A stretch of DNA of 63,654 bases, counting the filler, from Octopus bimaculoides (taxonomy: Eukaryota): assembly GCF_001194135.2 (NCBI RefSeq). It is 9 parts of 7 records of this genome, joined end to end, with 100 filler letters (N's around TTAATTAATTAA, not from the genome) between each part and the next. Parts side by side here need not be neighbours in the genome. Positions count along the whole stretch, not along the records: positions 24,600 to 30,680 come from NC_069001.1; positions 30,781 to 37,724 come from NC_069004.1; 7 more parts are not named here. One strand, given 5' to 3'. Positions within the stretch are counted from its first letter, which is position 1. Each line of letters begins with the position of its first letter. The notes beneath the pieces are model-generated. The model was not told the DNA's origin, ran no database searches, and was given only the letters and a program-made list of their open reading frames with translations. Position numbers and translations under genes: made by a program. This document shows positions 24,500 to 37,128 of the stretch, piece by piece.

Positions 24500-26128
24500 N
24501 NNNNNNNNNNNNNNNNNNNNNNNNNNNNNNNNNNNNNNNNNNNTTAATTAATTAANNNNNNNNNNNNNNNNNNNNNNNNNNNNNNNNNNNNNNNNNNNNA
24601 TATATATAATATTATATATTATATATTATATATGTTTATCTTATATATGTTTATCTTATATATATATTACATACATAGATTATTACACATGTATACGCAT
24701 TATCACATTATTATACATGGATTTATATACTAGTGTGTATGTTTATACTGTGTGTGTGTGTGTGCTTGTTTGTAAGAGTGTCTGGAAATGTAACCCGGTG
24801 TATTTCAACAAATAACCAAGTGATCTGCACGTTATGAGCCAGTTACTATTAATAAGCTGTGAGTCAACTATGGAGTAACATAAGCATTATTGACACCTAA
24901 CACTTCACGAGCTTCTACCTACTCACACACACATACACACGCACACACTTACATGCACACACACACACATATAAATACGCATACGCACATAAACTAGACT
25001 CTACACAGAACTCTTCGCTACAATCGAAAATAACTAAAATCGAACCCTATATGAAGTGTGCAGTCTGATGTTTGGTAACTATGGTGACAACAATAGACTC
25101 ATACAGCAGAAGGCTTCCATGGGAACTTTATCCGCGTCATTAATATTATTAATTTGCATAATCAATGAATTAATTCTACACCGAAATACTACGTCTGTTA
25201 ATAGTCCTAAAGTTTAGAAATTTGTCACTGAAGAGATTTCAAAAAAACGAAACATTTGTATTTGACACAACCTCTAAATCCTTCCAGCTGTCACTGAGAG
25301 GATCCTGAGTCACAAAACATTATACGGGTTTGACTGCCAATAACTTTGAGGGAAGGAATACCAACATATGCACCAATTTAGGTACAGGTCCTTTAGCCAG
25401 GGAAAATTCTCCCTTCATCTAGAGACTCCGTGACCATCGAAACAACTTCTCCAAAATCAAATGGAGTATCCTTTACAGAACCACCTCCTTACTCACCTGC
25501 AACTCCCAATTGCCAACTCTGTCTCCAATCCACAATCATGCAGTATCCACCAAGAGAAAGAATGAACTAACTTATTGTTGTTAACAGAGGTACGTCCTTT
25601 AAATGAAAGCCACTGGCAGCTGACAATCTAGATATACCACACTAGACCTGCCTGCCCAGCACACAAAGGCAGTGTATTTAATCCTTGACTTAACTTGGCC
25701 CCATCAAACATGGTTACTTCCACGTAAAGACTGCGGCCATCAGTATTTTAATACTTTTACTGAATGACCGACGAACTACGAACCAGTGACAACAACCACC
25801 ACACACACACACACACTACCATGTGTGATATCAAACGCAAAGAACTGATGCCGCTGGATATACACTTAAGAACAACATGCAACCATAACGGTGACAGCTC
25901 ACTGTTAACAACCAGTCCGATGCCTATGAATTAAGAAAAGAACTCATGTCGTTAAGAAGCGATAACACTGGATGATTTGAGTTGGCCAAGATAAGCTTAG
26001 CATCTAGAAGCAATACTGAATTGTCTGGAATCCCGTTATACTTCTCTAGATATCTGATGAGATGGTTTCGCCCTAATAACGTTAGGGGCGTGAGCATAAA
26101 GACCGTATATAATTTTACCTATATATAT

Positions 26129-26294
26129 AGGCTCAGAAGTGTGGTAAGAAGCTTGCTTCCCAACCACTTGGTTCCGGGTTCAGTCCCACTGCATGGCACC
26201 TTGGTCAACTGTCTTCTATTATAGCCTCGGGCCGAACAAAGCCTTGTGAGCGGATTTGATAGATGGAAACTAAAAGAAGCCCCTCGTATATATG

Positions 26295-26339
<45 letters not shown>

Positions 26340-26497
26340 GCGTTTGTCCCTCACCATTGCTTGACAACCGATGTTGGTGTGTTTACGTTCCCACAACTTA
26401 GTGGTTCGGTGAAAGAGACCGATAGAACAAGTACTAGGCTTACAAATAATAAGTCCTGGGCTCTAAGTATATAACCACCTATGTTCGACTTAAGGTG
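26129..26497 (+). mobile_element. SINE family A with internal (GTCT)n
   Basis: GTGTGGTAAGAAGCTTGCTTCCCAACCAC..GGTTCCGGGTTCAGTCCCACTGC..TATAGCCTCGGGCCG..GCTTGACAACCGATG..AATAAGTCCTGGG; 3' end truncated. Confidence 0.88.
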
Positions 26498-26569
26498 GTT
26501 ATATAGTTACACAAAAATGACTCTTAGAAATAGACAATAATGCCATTTTACTGAAAAAGATTGTGAGGA

Positions 26570-27235
26570 TAAGGATAAATATATTCAATAACGGCTTCTA
26601 AGCGAGGTCTGAATCACCTACATGCTAGGATCAAGGAGTTTGTGTTCATATTAAACATTACTCTGACTATGGAGTCTTTTAAGGATTCTTTAGTATTATG
26701 AGGATGTTCATTAGCCTCTTTCTCAACTACGCTCCATTCATAGTAGTCCAATTGATTGAGATCTGGGGTGCTAGGAGGCCAAATGCCTTAGGTTATGTGG
26801 TCATGGAAATTTTCCGCCATCCATTTCTGCGTTGCTGTAGCCTTGTGTGATGGTGCCGAGTCTTGTTGAAACACATAACGTCTTTCGTTGCGTATATTAT
26901 CGATCAATTATCGTACATTATTGATCCGCTGTATTCAGAAATCTATGTAGGCAGCAGAGTTTAGTCGAAGACCTTGTGGAAAGAAGTGAGGAGGCACAAC
27001 ATGTCCTTAATTGCTGACAACCCCCAAAATCATGACAGTTGCAGGAAATTTTGTATGCATTACTCTTGAAACTTCCGAAGGATCTGCACATAGCCATCTG
27101 TCATTTCTTCTGTTTATTTTCTAATCTTGTTCAAAGTTTTTCTCGTCTGAGAAGAACCAAATGACATCTTTTTCTGCTGGGTATTTTAAGTTTGTTCAGG
27201 AGTCTTTTAGATCTGATTAAACGATTTCTGACATG
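26570..27235 (-). mobile_element. Tc1/mariner DD37D (maT) transposase pseudogene, catalytic domain
   Basis: Minus strand: RNRLIRSKRLLNKLK (frameshift) PAEKDVIWFFSDEKNFEQD*..RYVFQQDSAPSHKATATQKWMAENFHDHIT*GIWPPSTPDLNQLDYYEWSVVEKEANEHPHNTKESLK..ACR*FRPRLEAVIE. All three catalytic D residues are visible, with D37D spacing. Confidence 0.92.
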
Positions 27236-27689
27236 AAATGATGTGTTAACTAATTTACCTACCCATAAAAGTCAAATTTGCTCAGCAAGATCAGCTAACA
27301 TTACATAACTATAAGCCAGTGGTATATAAAGCACCCACTGACAAAATTTCAAATCTGTATGTAAAAAATTTGCCAAGTTACAAGCAAATATTGTGGACAT
27401 CCCTCTTGAACCTGAATAATTCAAAATAACGTGAACAAATAGGCATTACATTTGACAGATTAATATGAACACTAAAGATGGTTTTAGGTGTTTTTCTTGC
27501 ACACATACACATAACATGGCCTCGCTCAGTTGAGTCTACACATGTGTTACTTTGGCATCATCATTCTATAAAATTTGTTCATGGGGAGAAAAATATTGAA
27601 AAATATCAATAAATGTGTGAGTGAGAAACAAACGAAGAGGGAGGTTTGGAGATATGCTAAAAATTACAGCCATATCTCCCTAATATCAT

Positions 27690-28235
27690 ACATTTTCCTC
27701 TGAAATTATTAACAATTTTTTAAAGCTGAAAATGTTTCTCTCGCGGGTTTTAGGTGCGTAGTGAAAAAATGGCCAAAATCGTTTCTTCTTGTTTGTTGTT
27801 TTTTTTTCGTGAAAAGATGCCTCTCATCATTCTGAAGACTTTGGTGAAAAACAATGGAAAAAATCCCCGTCAAAACGGAGAAATTCCAACTTATGTGGGC
27901 CGTCCGATCCGAAACTCCGTTTTCCAGAAACTCCTGCCCCCCCGCCTTCCAAACATTTTGCCTACAAATTTCTTTGTTATCGTAATCTACACCGTTTGAA
28001 ATGTATTTGTATAAAATTTCATTTAAAAATAACTATTTTCCAGAAAGTTATGAGGTGGAAATGGTCGGGTCTTGTGAATTTTCCAAAACTCCTCTCTCCA
28101 GCCTCTCGAAAAATTTGTTTGCGGCAAATCTTTACATAAACTCAATCTACAGGATATAAGCGATTATTTGGTGAAAGTTCCGTTAAAAAGCATCCATCTT
28201 TCTAGAAGTTATGAGGCAACAAAGTCGGTGGGGTA
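27690..28235. repeat. Interspersed repeat with two imperfect ~160-bp internal units
   Basis: CTCCT..CC.GCCT..C.AA.A.TTT..AAATT..AATCTACA..TTT.CAGAAAGTTATGAGG (from ~27931) recurs as CTCCTCTCTCCAGCCTCTCGAAAAATTTG..AATCTACAGG..TTTCTAGAAGTTATGAGG (from ~28089). Confidence 0.5.
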
Positions 28236-28260
28236 TTTAACTGTAGTTATGCCTTTTTTC

Positions 28261-28405
28261 AATAGAAGTTAACGTTAACGGATTAACGTTAACTTCCATT
28301 GCATTTTCAAAGAATTAACAGATTAACGATTAACGAAGTTAACTTTTTGGTTAACGGATTAACAATTAACGAAGTTAGCTTTTCAATTAACGGTGCCCAT
28401 CTCTG
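28261..28405. repeat. TTAACG/GTTAA motif array with a perfect 14-bp hairpin; probable DNA-transposon subterminal region
   Basis: GAAGTTAACGTTAA-CGGA-TTAACGTTAACTTC at 28265-28296, about a dozen TTAAC words, ending TTAACGGTGCCCATCTCTG. Confidence 0.6.
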
Positions 28406-29333
28406 TATATATGTATATACACGCACACACACGTACAGAAACAATTGCACAAATACATACATACCCCCCATACACATGTACATTATTGTATGCATAAGCT
28501 TATATAAATAAGCACAAACTTGCACATTGCTTGTGACAAGCAATACAAAGATACACACACACTATCACACACACAGTGCACACACTCACACAAGCATACA
28601 CAACACGCACGCACTCACACACCTGCACGCACTCACACACTTACACACAATATTCTTGTTCTCAAAATCAAAATAGAGCAATTCTGATAATATTGTTATT
28701 GCTGTTCGTGTGTTAATTGATGTACTGGCTCAAAAATATGTACAAATACATGAACAACTTATGAACAACAAGAACAACCTCAATCGTAATAATGATAATG
28801 AGGAGGAGGAGGAGGAGGAGGAGGAGGGGGAGGAGGAGGATTAGGTTTATCCTTTATATTGGAAATCTATATGTTCCAATACATATACATACATATATGA
28901 ATGTATACATCCATCCATCCATCCATAAATGCATATGTATACATACATAATTACATACATACATAGGTACATACACACACATGCATTCATATATGCATAC
29001 GTGCATACATATATCCATCCATCCATAAATACATACATACATAAATAAATGCATACATACATATATACATACAGATACATACATACATATATGCATACAT
29101 ACATACACAGACTTACAAGCATACATACACACCATACGAACATACATACATACACACATACATGCATACAGACATGAATAGAAACATTCATATGTACATG
29201 CATATAAACATGCATATATATAATATGTTATTTATGCCCACGTTGTGTGTATATAAATACGTGTAAGTACATTTTCGTACGAACATAGTTATTTCTATAT
29301 TTCAATGATACCGTCGTGAATCTAGAATATATG

Positions 29334-29376
<43 letters not shown>

Positions 29377-30400
29377 CGGTTTTTTTAAAGTAGTACCTTT
29401 AATAAGCTTTATTTATATAATAATATAATATATTATTTACAGTACTTCTGGGAGTTTTTTCGAACATATGAATACATAAAAATAATTTAAGTACATATAT
29501 ATATANNNNNNNNNNNNNNNNNNNNNNNNNNNNNNNNNNNNNNNNNNNNNNNNNNNNNNNNNNNNNNNNNNNNNNNNNNNNNNNNNNNNNNNNNNNNNNN
29601 NNNNNNNNNNNNNNNNNNNNNNNNNNNNNNNNNNNNNNNNNNNNNNNNNNNNNNNNNNNNNNNNNNNNNNNNNNNNNNNNNNNNNNNNNNNNNNNNNNNN
29701 NNNNNNNNNNNNNNNNNNNNNNNNNNNNNNNNNNNNNNNNNNNNNNNNNNNNNNNNNNNNNNNNNNNNNNNNNNNNNNNNNNNNNNNNNNNNNNNNNNNN
29801 NNNNNNNNNNNNNNNNNNNNNNNNNNNNNNNNNNNNNNNNNNNNNNNNNNNNNNNNNNNNNNNNNNNNNNNNNNNNNNNNNNNNNNNNNNNNNNNNNNNN
29901 NNNNNNNNNNNNNNNNNNNNNNNNNNNNNNNNNNNNNNNNNNNNNNNNNNNNNNNNNNNNNNNNNNNNNNNNNNNNNNNNNNNNNNNNNNNNNNNNNNNN
30001 NNNNNNNNNNNNNNNNNNNNNNNNNNNNNNNNNNNNNNNNNNNNNNNNNNNNNNNNNNNNNNNNNNNNNNNNNNNNNNNNNNNNNNNNNNNNNNNNNNNN
30101 NNNNNNNNNNNNNNNNNNNNNNNNNNNNNNNNNNNNNNNNNNNNNNNNNNNNNNNNNNNNNNNNNNNNNNNNNNNNNNNNNNNNNNNNNNNNNNNNNNNN
30201 NNNNNNNNNNNNNNNNNNNNNNNNNNNNNNNNNNNNNNNNNNNNNNTTAAAGAAGATTTTTTTATTTTTGGTTGGTCTGTGACAGTCTGTCATGGTTCAC
30301 TGGTTTTTGGGACTGGTTTTGTGCACATCTCTATGTGTGTGTGTATATATGTGTGTTTGTGTCCGTGTTTGTGGGTGTGGGTGTGTGTGTGTGTGCCGTT

Positions 30401-30467
30401 TTTATTAGGTGTCCTTGTACGTTGGGTTTATCCTGGATAAACCCAACGTACAAGGACACCTAATAAA
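30401..30467. repeat. Perfect palindrome, 33-bp arms with 1-nt spacer
   Basis: TTTATTAGGTGTCCTTGTACGTTGGGTTTATCC-T-GGATAAACCCAACGTACAAGGACACCTAATAAA. Confidence 0.97.
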
Positions 30468-30780
30468 TACAACACACACATACACCCTCATGCACACACA
30501 TACAGTTGCTCCCTCACACATACAGTTGCTCCCTCACACACACACGCACCACAATGACAACTCAAACACAAACATACTTAGAGACACACACAAACTCACG
30601 TACACACATATAACACCCCCACCAACACACAACACAAATAAACATACGTACACATACAGACATACACATACATATGAACCNNNNNNNNNNNNNNNNNNNN
30701 NNNNNNNNNNNNNNNNNNNNNNNNTTAATTAATTAANNNNNNNNNNNNNNNNNNNNNNNNNNNNNNNNNNNNNNNNNNNN

Positions 30781-30841
<61 letters not shown>

Positions 30842-31842
30842 ACAAATACATAGATAATGCAGTCTTTTTGTTAATTTCCTCACAATGTCCCACGAAACCG
30901 TATTAGACTGTTACCTTGTGGCATTGTTCTGTAATAACAAAAGTACAAAACGCGCTGAAAAAGTCTCAACAAGGAGTAAAACAAACTTAAACTTTGCACA
31001 ACTGGGGTGTTAATGCCTGTGTAGCATTAACTGGTGTTTTGTCTGTCGTATATGTCATGGCTCAATGCATTTATCTGCCGGATTAGCAGGGAAGCAGATT
31101 ATATATATATATATATATATATATATAANNNNNNNNNNGTGGTGGTGATGGTGGTGGTGGGGGTGTGCTTGTGTGGGTGGGTATGGAGGGGGCAACAATG
31201 AAGGTGTTGATATTGAGGTTTGGGGAGCCAGGTTGGTCAGGAATTGTGCGGAGGTGGTCATGGATGGGGTGGCGGTGGTAGGTAGTGGTGGTGGTGGTGG
31301 CCGGAGGGTGTAAGGGATTCTTAAAACTGCTCATTGTGTTTCTAAGTGTTGCTGTTGTCTTCGTTGCTGTACTTTTTTTGGTGTTGTTGTTGGTCGTGAT
31401 GTTTGTCAATGCGTGAATGAATATGGGAATGTCTGTCTGTCTGTCTGTATATGTGTATGTATGTATGTTTGTATGTGTGTGTATGAGTATGTATATGTGT
31501 ATATGTATGCGTGTATATATATATGTATATGTATATACGTACATGCATATATGAGTATTTGTATGCGTATATATGTGTGTGTGTGTGTGTGCATGTGTAT
31601 GTATATGTGTATATGTATTTGTGTGTTTAAAAACATGTGTGATGTATTGTGGTGGAAATTTCTTACTAACACACACATACACACACATATGCATACACTA
31701 CATACATACATATATACATACACATACATACACTCATAAATACCTATATGTGTATGAATCTATATGCATGTATATATATGCATGTATATATATGCATGTA
31801 TATATTTATTGCAAACACAAGCACAAATTACACACACACACA

Positions 31843-31906
<64 letters not shown>

Positions 31907-32783
31907 NNNNNNNNNNNNNNNNNNNNNNNNNNNNNNNNNNNNNNNNNNNNNNNNNNNNNNNNNNNNNNNNNNNNNNNNNNNNNNNNNNNNNNNNNNNNNN
32001 NNNNNNNNNNNNNNNNNNNNNNNNNNNNNNNNNNNNNNNNNNNNNNNNNNNNNNNNNNNNNNNNNNNNNNNNNNNNNNNNNNNNNNNNNNNNNNNNNNNN
32101 NNNNNNNNNNNNNNNNNNNNNNNNNNNNNNNNNNNNNNNNNNNNNNNNNNNNNNNNNNNNNNNNNNNNNNNNNNNNNNNNNNNNNNNNNNNNNNNNNNNN
32201 NNNNNNNNNNNNNNNNNNNNNNNNNNNNNNNNNNNNNNNNNNNNNNNNNNNNNNNNNNNNNNNNNNNNNNNNNNNNNNNNNNNNNNNNNNNNNNNNNNNN
32301 NNNNNNNNNNNNNNNNNNNNNNNNNNNNNNNNNNNNNNNNNNNNNNNNNNNNNNNNNNNNNNNNNNNNNNNNNNNNNNNNNNNNNNNNNNNNNNNNNNNN
32401 NNNNNNNNNNNNNNNNNNNNNNNNNNNNNNNNNNNNNNNNNNNNNNNNNNNNNNNNNNNNNNNNNNNNNNNNNNNNNNNNNNNNNNNNNNNNNNNNNNNN
32501 NNNNNNNNNNNNNNNNNNNNNNNNNNNNNNNNNNNNNNNNNNATAGTTGCCAGGATGAAAAAAATAAATAATTGCTTGCCTCGGTGCATACATACATACA
32601 CACACACACACAATACATACATACATACATGCTTACATATACATACACACACACATACATAGGCACACAAACACATAATGAGACATACATTTATACATTT
32701 ATAGATATGCATGCTTATGTATGTACGTAAATGTATGTATGTATATATTTATATATATATACATATATATATATATACACACA

Positions 32784-32836
<53 letters not shown>

Positions 32837-33392
32837 TTATATATATATATATATATATGTACACATATCTATATATATAAATATGTTTTCATACATATTT
32901 TATATACGTATGTATATATATATATATATATATTTATCTCTTTCTCACTCTCTCTCTGTCCCTCTCTGTCGCTCTTTCTCTCTCTCTATATATAATATAT
33001 GTGTGTGTGTGTATGCGTACGTAAACGTATGCTTATATATATACGTATATGAGTATATATGTGCGTTTATATTTATAAAACAGTATTTGTGTATGCTGAG
33101 TTCGTTCATAAAATCTGGTTGCGCTGAACGAACTTGCAATCAGCCATTACTCGGCAGAGGAATGGTAAGAGGGGGAGGNNNNNNNNNNNNNNNNNNNNNN
33201 NNNNNNNNNNNNNNNNNNNNNNNNNNNNNNNNNNNNNNNNNNNNNNNNNNNNNNNNNNNNNNNNNNNNNNNNNNNNNNNNNNNNNNNNNNNNNNNNNNNN
33301 NNNNNNNNNNNNNNNNNNNNNNNNNNNNNNNNNNNNNNNNNNNNNNNNNNNNNNNNNNNNNNNNNNNNNNNNNNNNNNNNNNNNNNNNNNNN

Positions 33393-33587
33393 ATGATGAT
33401 GGCGATGATGATGATGATGGTGGTGATGATAATGATGGTGATGATAATGATGATAATGATGGTGATGATAATGATGATGATGATGATGGTGATGATAATG
33501 ATGATGATGATGATGATGATGATGATGGTGATGGTGGTGATGATGGTGATGATGGTGATGATGATGATGATAATGATGGTGATGATA

Positions 33588-33624
<37 letters not shown>

Positions 33625-33690
33625 GCACGACAGTGATGATGATGATGATGATGTTGATGATGGTGATGATGATGATGATGATGATGCTGG
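33393..33690. repeat. (GAT)n/(GGT)n/(AAT)n compound microsatellite
   Basis: Direct reading of the sequence; source of the poly-D, poly-M and poly-H ORFs in the track. Confidence 0.95.
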
Positions 33691-34079
33691 TGACAGAGAA
33701 CAAGAAGAATGGCGATGAGAATGCTCAGGGGTGGCAGAGGATGGGGGCAGCGGGGATGGGGGTGGTGGGGATGGAGGTGGTGGCGGCGGCGACGGTGCGG
33801 ATGCCGGTGTATCTGATTGCTGATTTGATTTCTTTTAGATATAATGCTGCAAACACTTCCTGCATCACACTGCGATAATACAATAAACAACAACAACGAC
33901 AACAACAACAAGTATAATAATGATAATAATAATAATAGTTGTAGTAGTAGTAGTAGTAGTAGTAGTATCAACGACAATGGAAATAACACTAAGAGCGACA
34001 AGAACCATTCTCCACCAAAGCAACTAAATGTTATAAGAAAAACAAAGGCAGCCGAAACAATGAAAGTGTCCCGTGACTA

Positions 34080-34732
34080 GCGGGGAGGAGATTGAAGAAG
34101 AGAAGGAAAGAAAGAAGAGAAGTGAAAGGTATGAGAATGGAAGAGGATAGAGAAGAGGTGAAAGAGAAATAGGTAAATGAAAGAAAAAAAAATTGAAATA
34201 AATAAATGATGAACCAAGAAGGAGCAGAAGAATAAAAGGAGAAAAGGAGAAAAAGGAGAAAAGGAGGTGGAAGAAATTGTTGGGGAAAAGAAGGGAAATG
34301 ATTAGACGAAGGAGTAAAAGAAGAAGAAGAAGAAGAAGAAGAAGAAGATAAAGAAGAAGATGAAGAAGAAGAAGAAGAAGAAGAAGAAGGAAGTTCCAGG
34401 AAAGATGAGGAAGAAGAAAAAAGAAGGAAAAGAAGAAAGTTCGAAGAAAGATGATGAAGAAAAAAGAAGGAAAGAAGAGGAAAAAAGAAGAGGAAGAAGA
34501 AAAAGAAGATGAAGAAGAAGAAAGTTCCTGGAAAGATGACAAAGAAGTAAAAGAAGAAGACGAAAATGAAGAAGAAGAAGAAGACGAAGAAGAAGAAGTA
34601 GAAGAAGAAGAAGTAGAAGAAGAAGAAAGTTCCAGGAAAGATGACAAAGAAGAGAGACCGAAAACAGAAAAGAAGAGAAAAAGAAGAGTAAACTAAAGAA
34701 AAAGAAAGGTGAAAGAAGCTCCAGAAGAAGAA

Positions 34733-34766
<34 letters not shown>

Positions 34767-34830
34767 GTTCAAGATGGTGTATGAAGTAAATGAAGAAAAA
34801 TGTAAACAAACAACTGAAAAGAAAGAAAGA
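34080..34830. repeat. (GAA)n-rich polypurine tract with a repeated AAGTTCC(A/T)GGAAAGATGA cassette
   Basis: Almost all A/G on the plus strand; cassette at ~34391, ~34521 and ~34627, with a variant at ~34437. Confidence 0.9.
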
Positions 34831-35207
34831 CCTACAAAAAAGCAAGTAAATTAAATAGTGGTAGTAGTGGTAGTAGTGTTGTTGGTGGTAGGAGTGGTGA
34901 GTTGTTACCGAAGCAATTATGTTGGTCGGTGGTTAAGGAGTTACTCGTGTGAAATAAATAAGACTGAAGAATAATTGCTGTCCCAGAATCCCTCATTCTA
35001 ACTGTTCAGCCTCTTCACCTAACTTCGTCTCTCCGCCGCCACCACCACCATACGATGGTCACCCTGGCCCTCGCCCATACGACACCACACCGCATCACAC
35101 TGCTGTTGCTGCACCGCATTCCGCCGCCTCCGCACCGACCTTTTTAACAAATACGCTAAACTGTTTTTGGATATACACCCTCAGGTGTAAAAATAAGCGC
35201 GCGAGCG

Positions 35208-35258
<51 letters not shown>

Positions 35259-35563
35259 CTGAAGGAGTTATAGAGAGAGAGAGAGGGGGAGGGATAGGGA
35301 GAGAGAGAAAGTTTGCGTAAGTAGGAAATTATGTGGCCTCCAAGTAACAGTGGTGTTTGTATTGTAGAGGTTAGTGGTAGAAGTGGTGGCGGTGGTTGTG
35401 GTGGTGGTAGTGGAGAGTGGTGGTAGTAGTGATGGTGGTGGTAGTAGTGGTAGTCATGATAAAGATAAAGCTTGTGTGTATATGTGTATAAGTACATGCA
35501 TATGCATACATATATATGGACACATGCAGACTGACGCACATATACATTACATATATGCATGCA

Positions 35564-35605
<42 letters not shown>

Positions 35606-35760
35606 CTCCCTTATATATATGTGTATATATATACATATATATATATATATATTATGTATATATCTATAATATCTATCTCTCTATATATGTGTATATGTAT
35701 GTATATAAATATATGTATATGCATGCATTATATACACATATTATATTATACTAATCCATC

Positions 35761-35958
35761 GTGGCACTCCGTCGGTTACGACGACGAAGGTTCCAGTTGA
35801 TCTAATCAACGGAACAGCCTGCTCGTGAAATTAACGTGCAAGTGGCTGAGCACTCCACAGACACGTGTGCACTTAACGTAGTTCTCGGAGAGATTCAGCG
35901 TGACACAGACTGTGATAAAGCTGGCCCCCTTTGAAATACAGGCACAACAGAAACAGGA
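35761..35958 (-). mobile_element. SINE family C, 3' half
   Basis: Closely matches 11405-11600 (GGTTCCAGTTGATC..CAGCCTGCTCGTGAAATTAACGTGCAAGTGGCTGAGCACTCCACAGACACGTGT). Confidence 0.88.
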
Positions 35959-35963
35959 AGACA

Positions 35964-36078
35964 CGTTAAGACGTCGGGCGAAATGCTTAGCAATGTTTCG
36001 TCTGTCTTTACGTTTTGAGTTCAAGTTCCGACGAGGTCGACTTTGCCTTTCATCCTTTCGGGGATGATAAATTAAGTA
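35964..36078 (+). mobile_element. SINE family B, central part
   Basis: GGGCGAAATGCTTAGC..GAGTTCAAGTTCCGACGAGGTCGACTTTGCCTTTCATCCTTTCGGGG..GATAAATTAAGTA. Confidence 0.85.
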
Positions 36079-36449
36079 TTAAAAGATTAAAAAAAATAAT
36101 AAACTCATTAATTTTGGTGTTAACGAAGAATGGAGCAGCATTACGATTCATATCAAATCGGTGACATTANNNNNNNNNNNNNNNNNNNNNNNNNNNNNNN
36201 NNNNNNNNNNNNNNNNNNNNNNNNNNNTCTACTGGAACTGTGAAGCAAATCCTTTATCTCAAATAGCAGCAGGGCGTGCTAGAAATAACAGTTAAATCTT
36301 TGGAAGTGAGATACGTTGAAGGCACTCGAAAAATACCTATTGAAAAAAAAAATTATTTCTCACCGAGGTTACGAGCGGGTCTTTTACGAAATATTTATGC
36401 CAAAAAAATTTTTATAATGGTATTCACTTGAAAATAATTAAAAATAAAC

Positions 36450-36505
36450 TGCTCCAGCATGGTCCCAGTCTACTGAGTGAAACAAGTAAAAGATAAAAGA
36501 TAAAA
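36450..36505 (+). mobile_element. SINE family A tail fragment
   Basis: TGCTCCAGCATGGTCCCAGTCTACTGAGTGAAACAAGTAAAAGATAAAAGA. Confidence 0.65.
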
Positions 36506-36944
36506 AAAATATTGTCGGTTTAAAGAAAGCCAAAATATAAATACTGTACAAATAACTTAAATTTTTGAAATCACATCACTTAAAAATATTTTAAAATAAT
36601 TATTTACTGTAAAAAAACAAATCGTATTTTTTCGTTGTCAATTCACTGTCTAATCGAAAGGTAAAAGTTACTTCCCTTTCAGGATTAAGTTAATTTCGGA
36701 GACTTTTTCCCGTTATGCACCGTTTTGGGTATTAAATACCCAGAAAACCTTTAATATCTTCTCAACCACTTATCTGATTTACGCGAAGTTTGTTTCATTC
36801 CGTTCGTATTTACATTTCAGGGGTCACTTAATTCATGGTATTTTCCCATTATGTGCCAGTTTGGCTGAGTAACATTGCAAGCAAACGAGCAAGATTCAAT
36901 CTGACTTTTGATGCAGTATAGATATATATGTATCATATGCGAGC

Positions 36945-37128
36945 GTGTGTCTGTGTTTGTCTTTGTCACCCCTGCAACCGCTTATTACCAGTGTTGGTCT
37001 GTTTACGTCTCCGAAAAAAATCCAAAATAAAAAGTAAGCACCGAATACAAGCAAAGAACAATATTGCAGCGGTCGATTCGATCGATTAAAACCTTCAAGG
37101 TGGTGCTACAGTATAGCCGCAGTCCAAC
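36945..37128 (+). mobile_element. SINE family A, diverged 3' half
   Basis: GTGTTGGTCTGTTTACGTCTCC..GGTCGATTCGATCGATTAAAACCTTCAAGGTGGTGCTACAGTATAGCCGCAGTC. Confidence 0.65.

Noticed and set aside
34451-34696. Acidic/lysine-rich 81-aa ORF as a real gene
   Set aside because: It lies wholly in a (GAA)n tract, neighbouring frames have stops, and there is no splice or family support.
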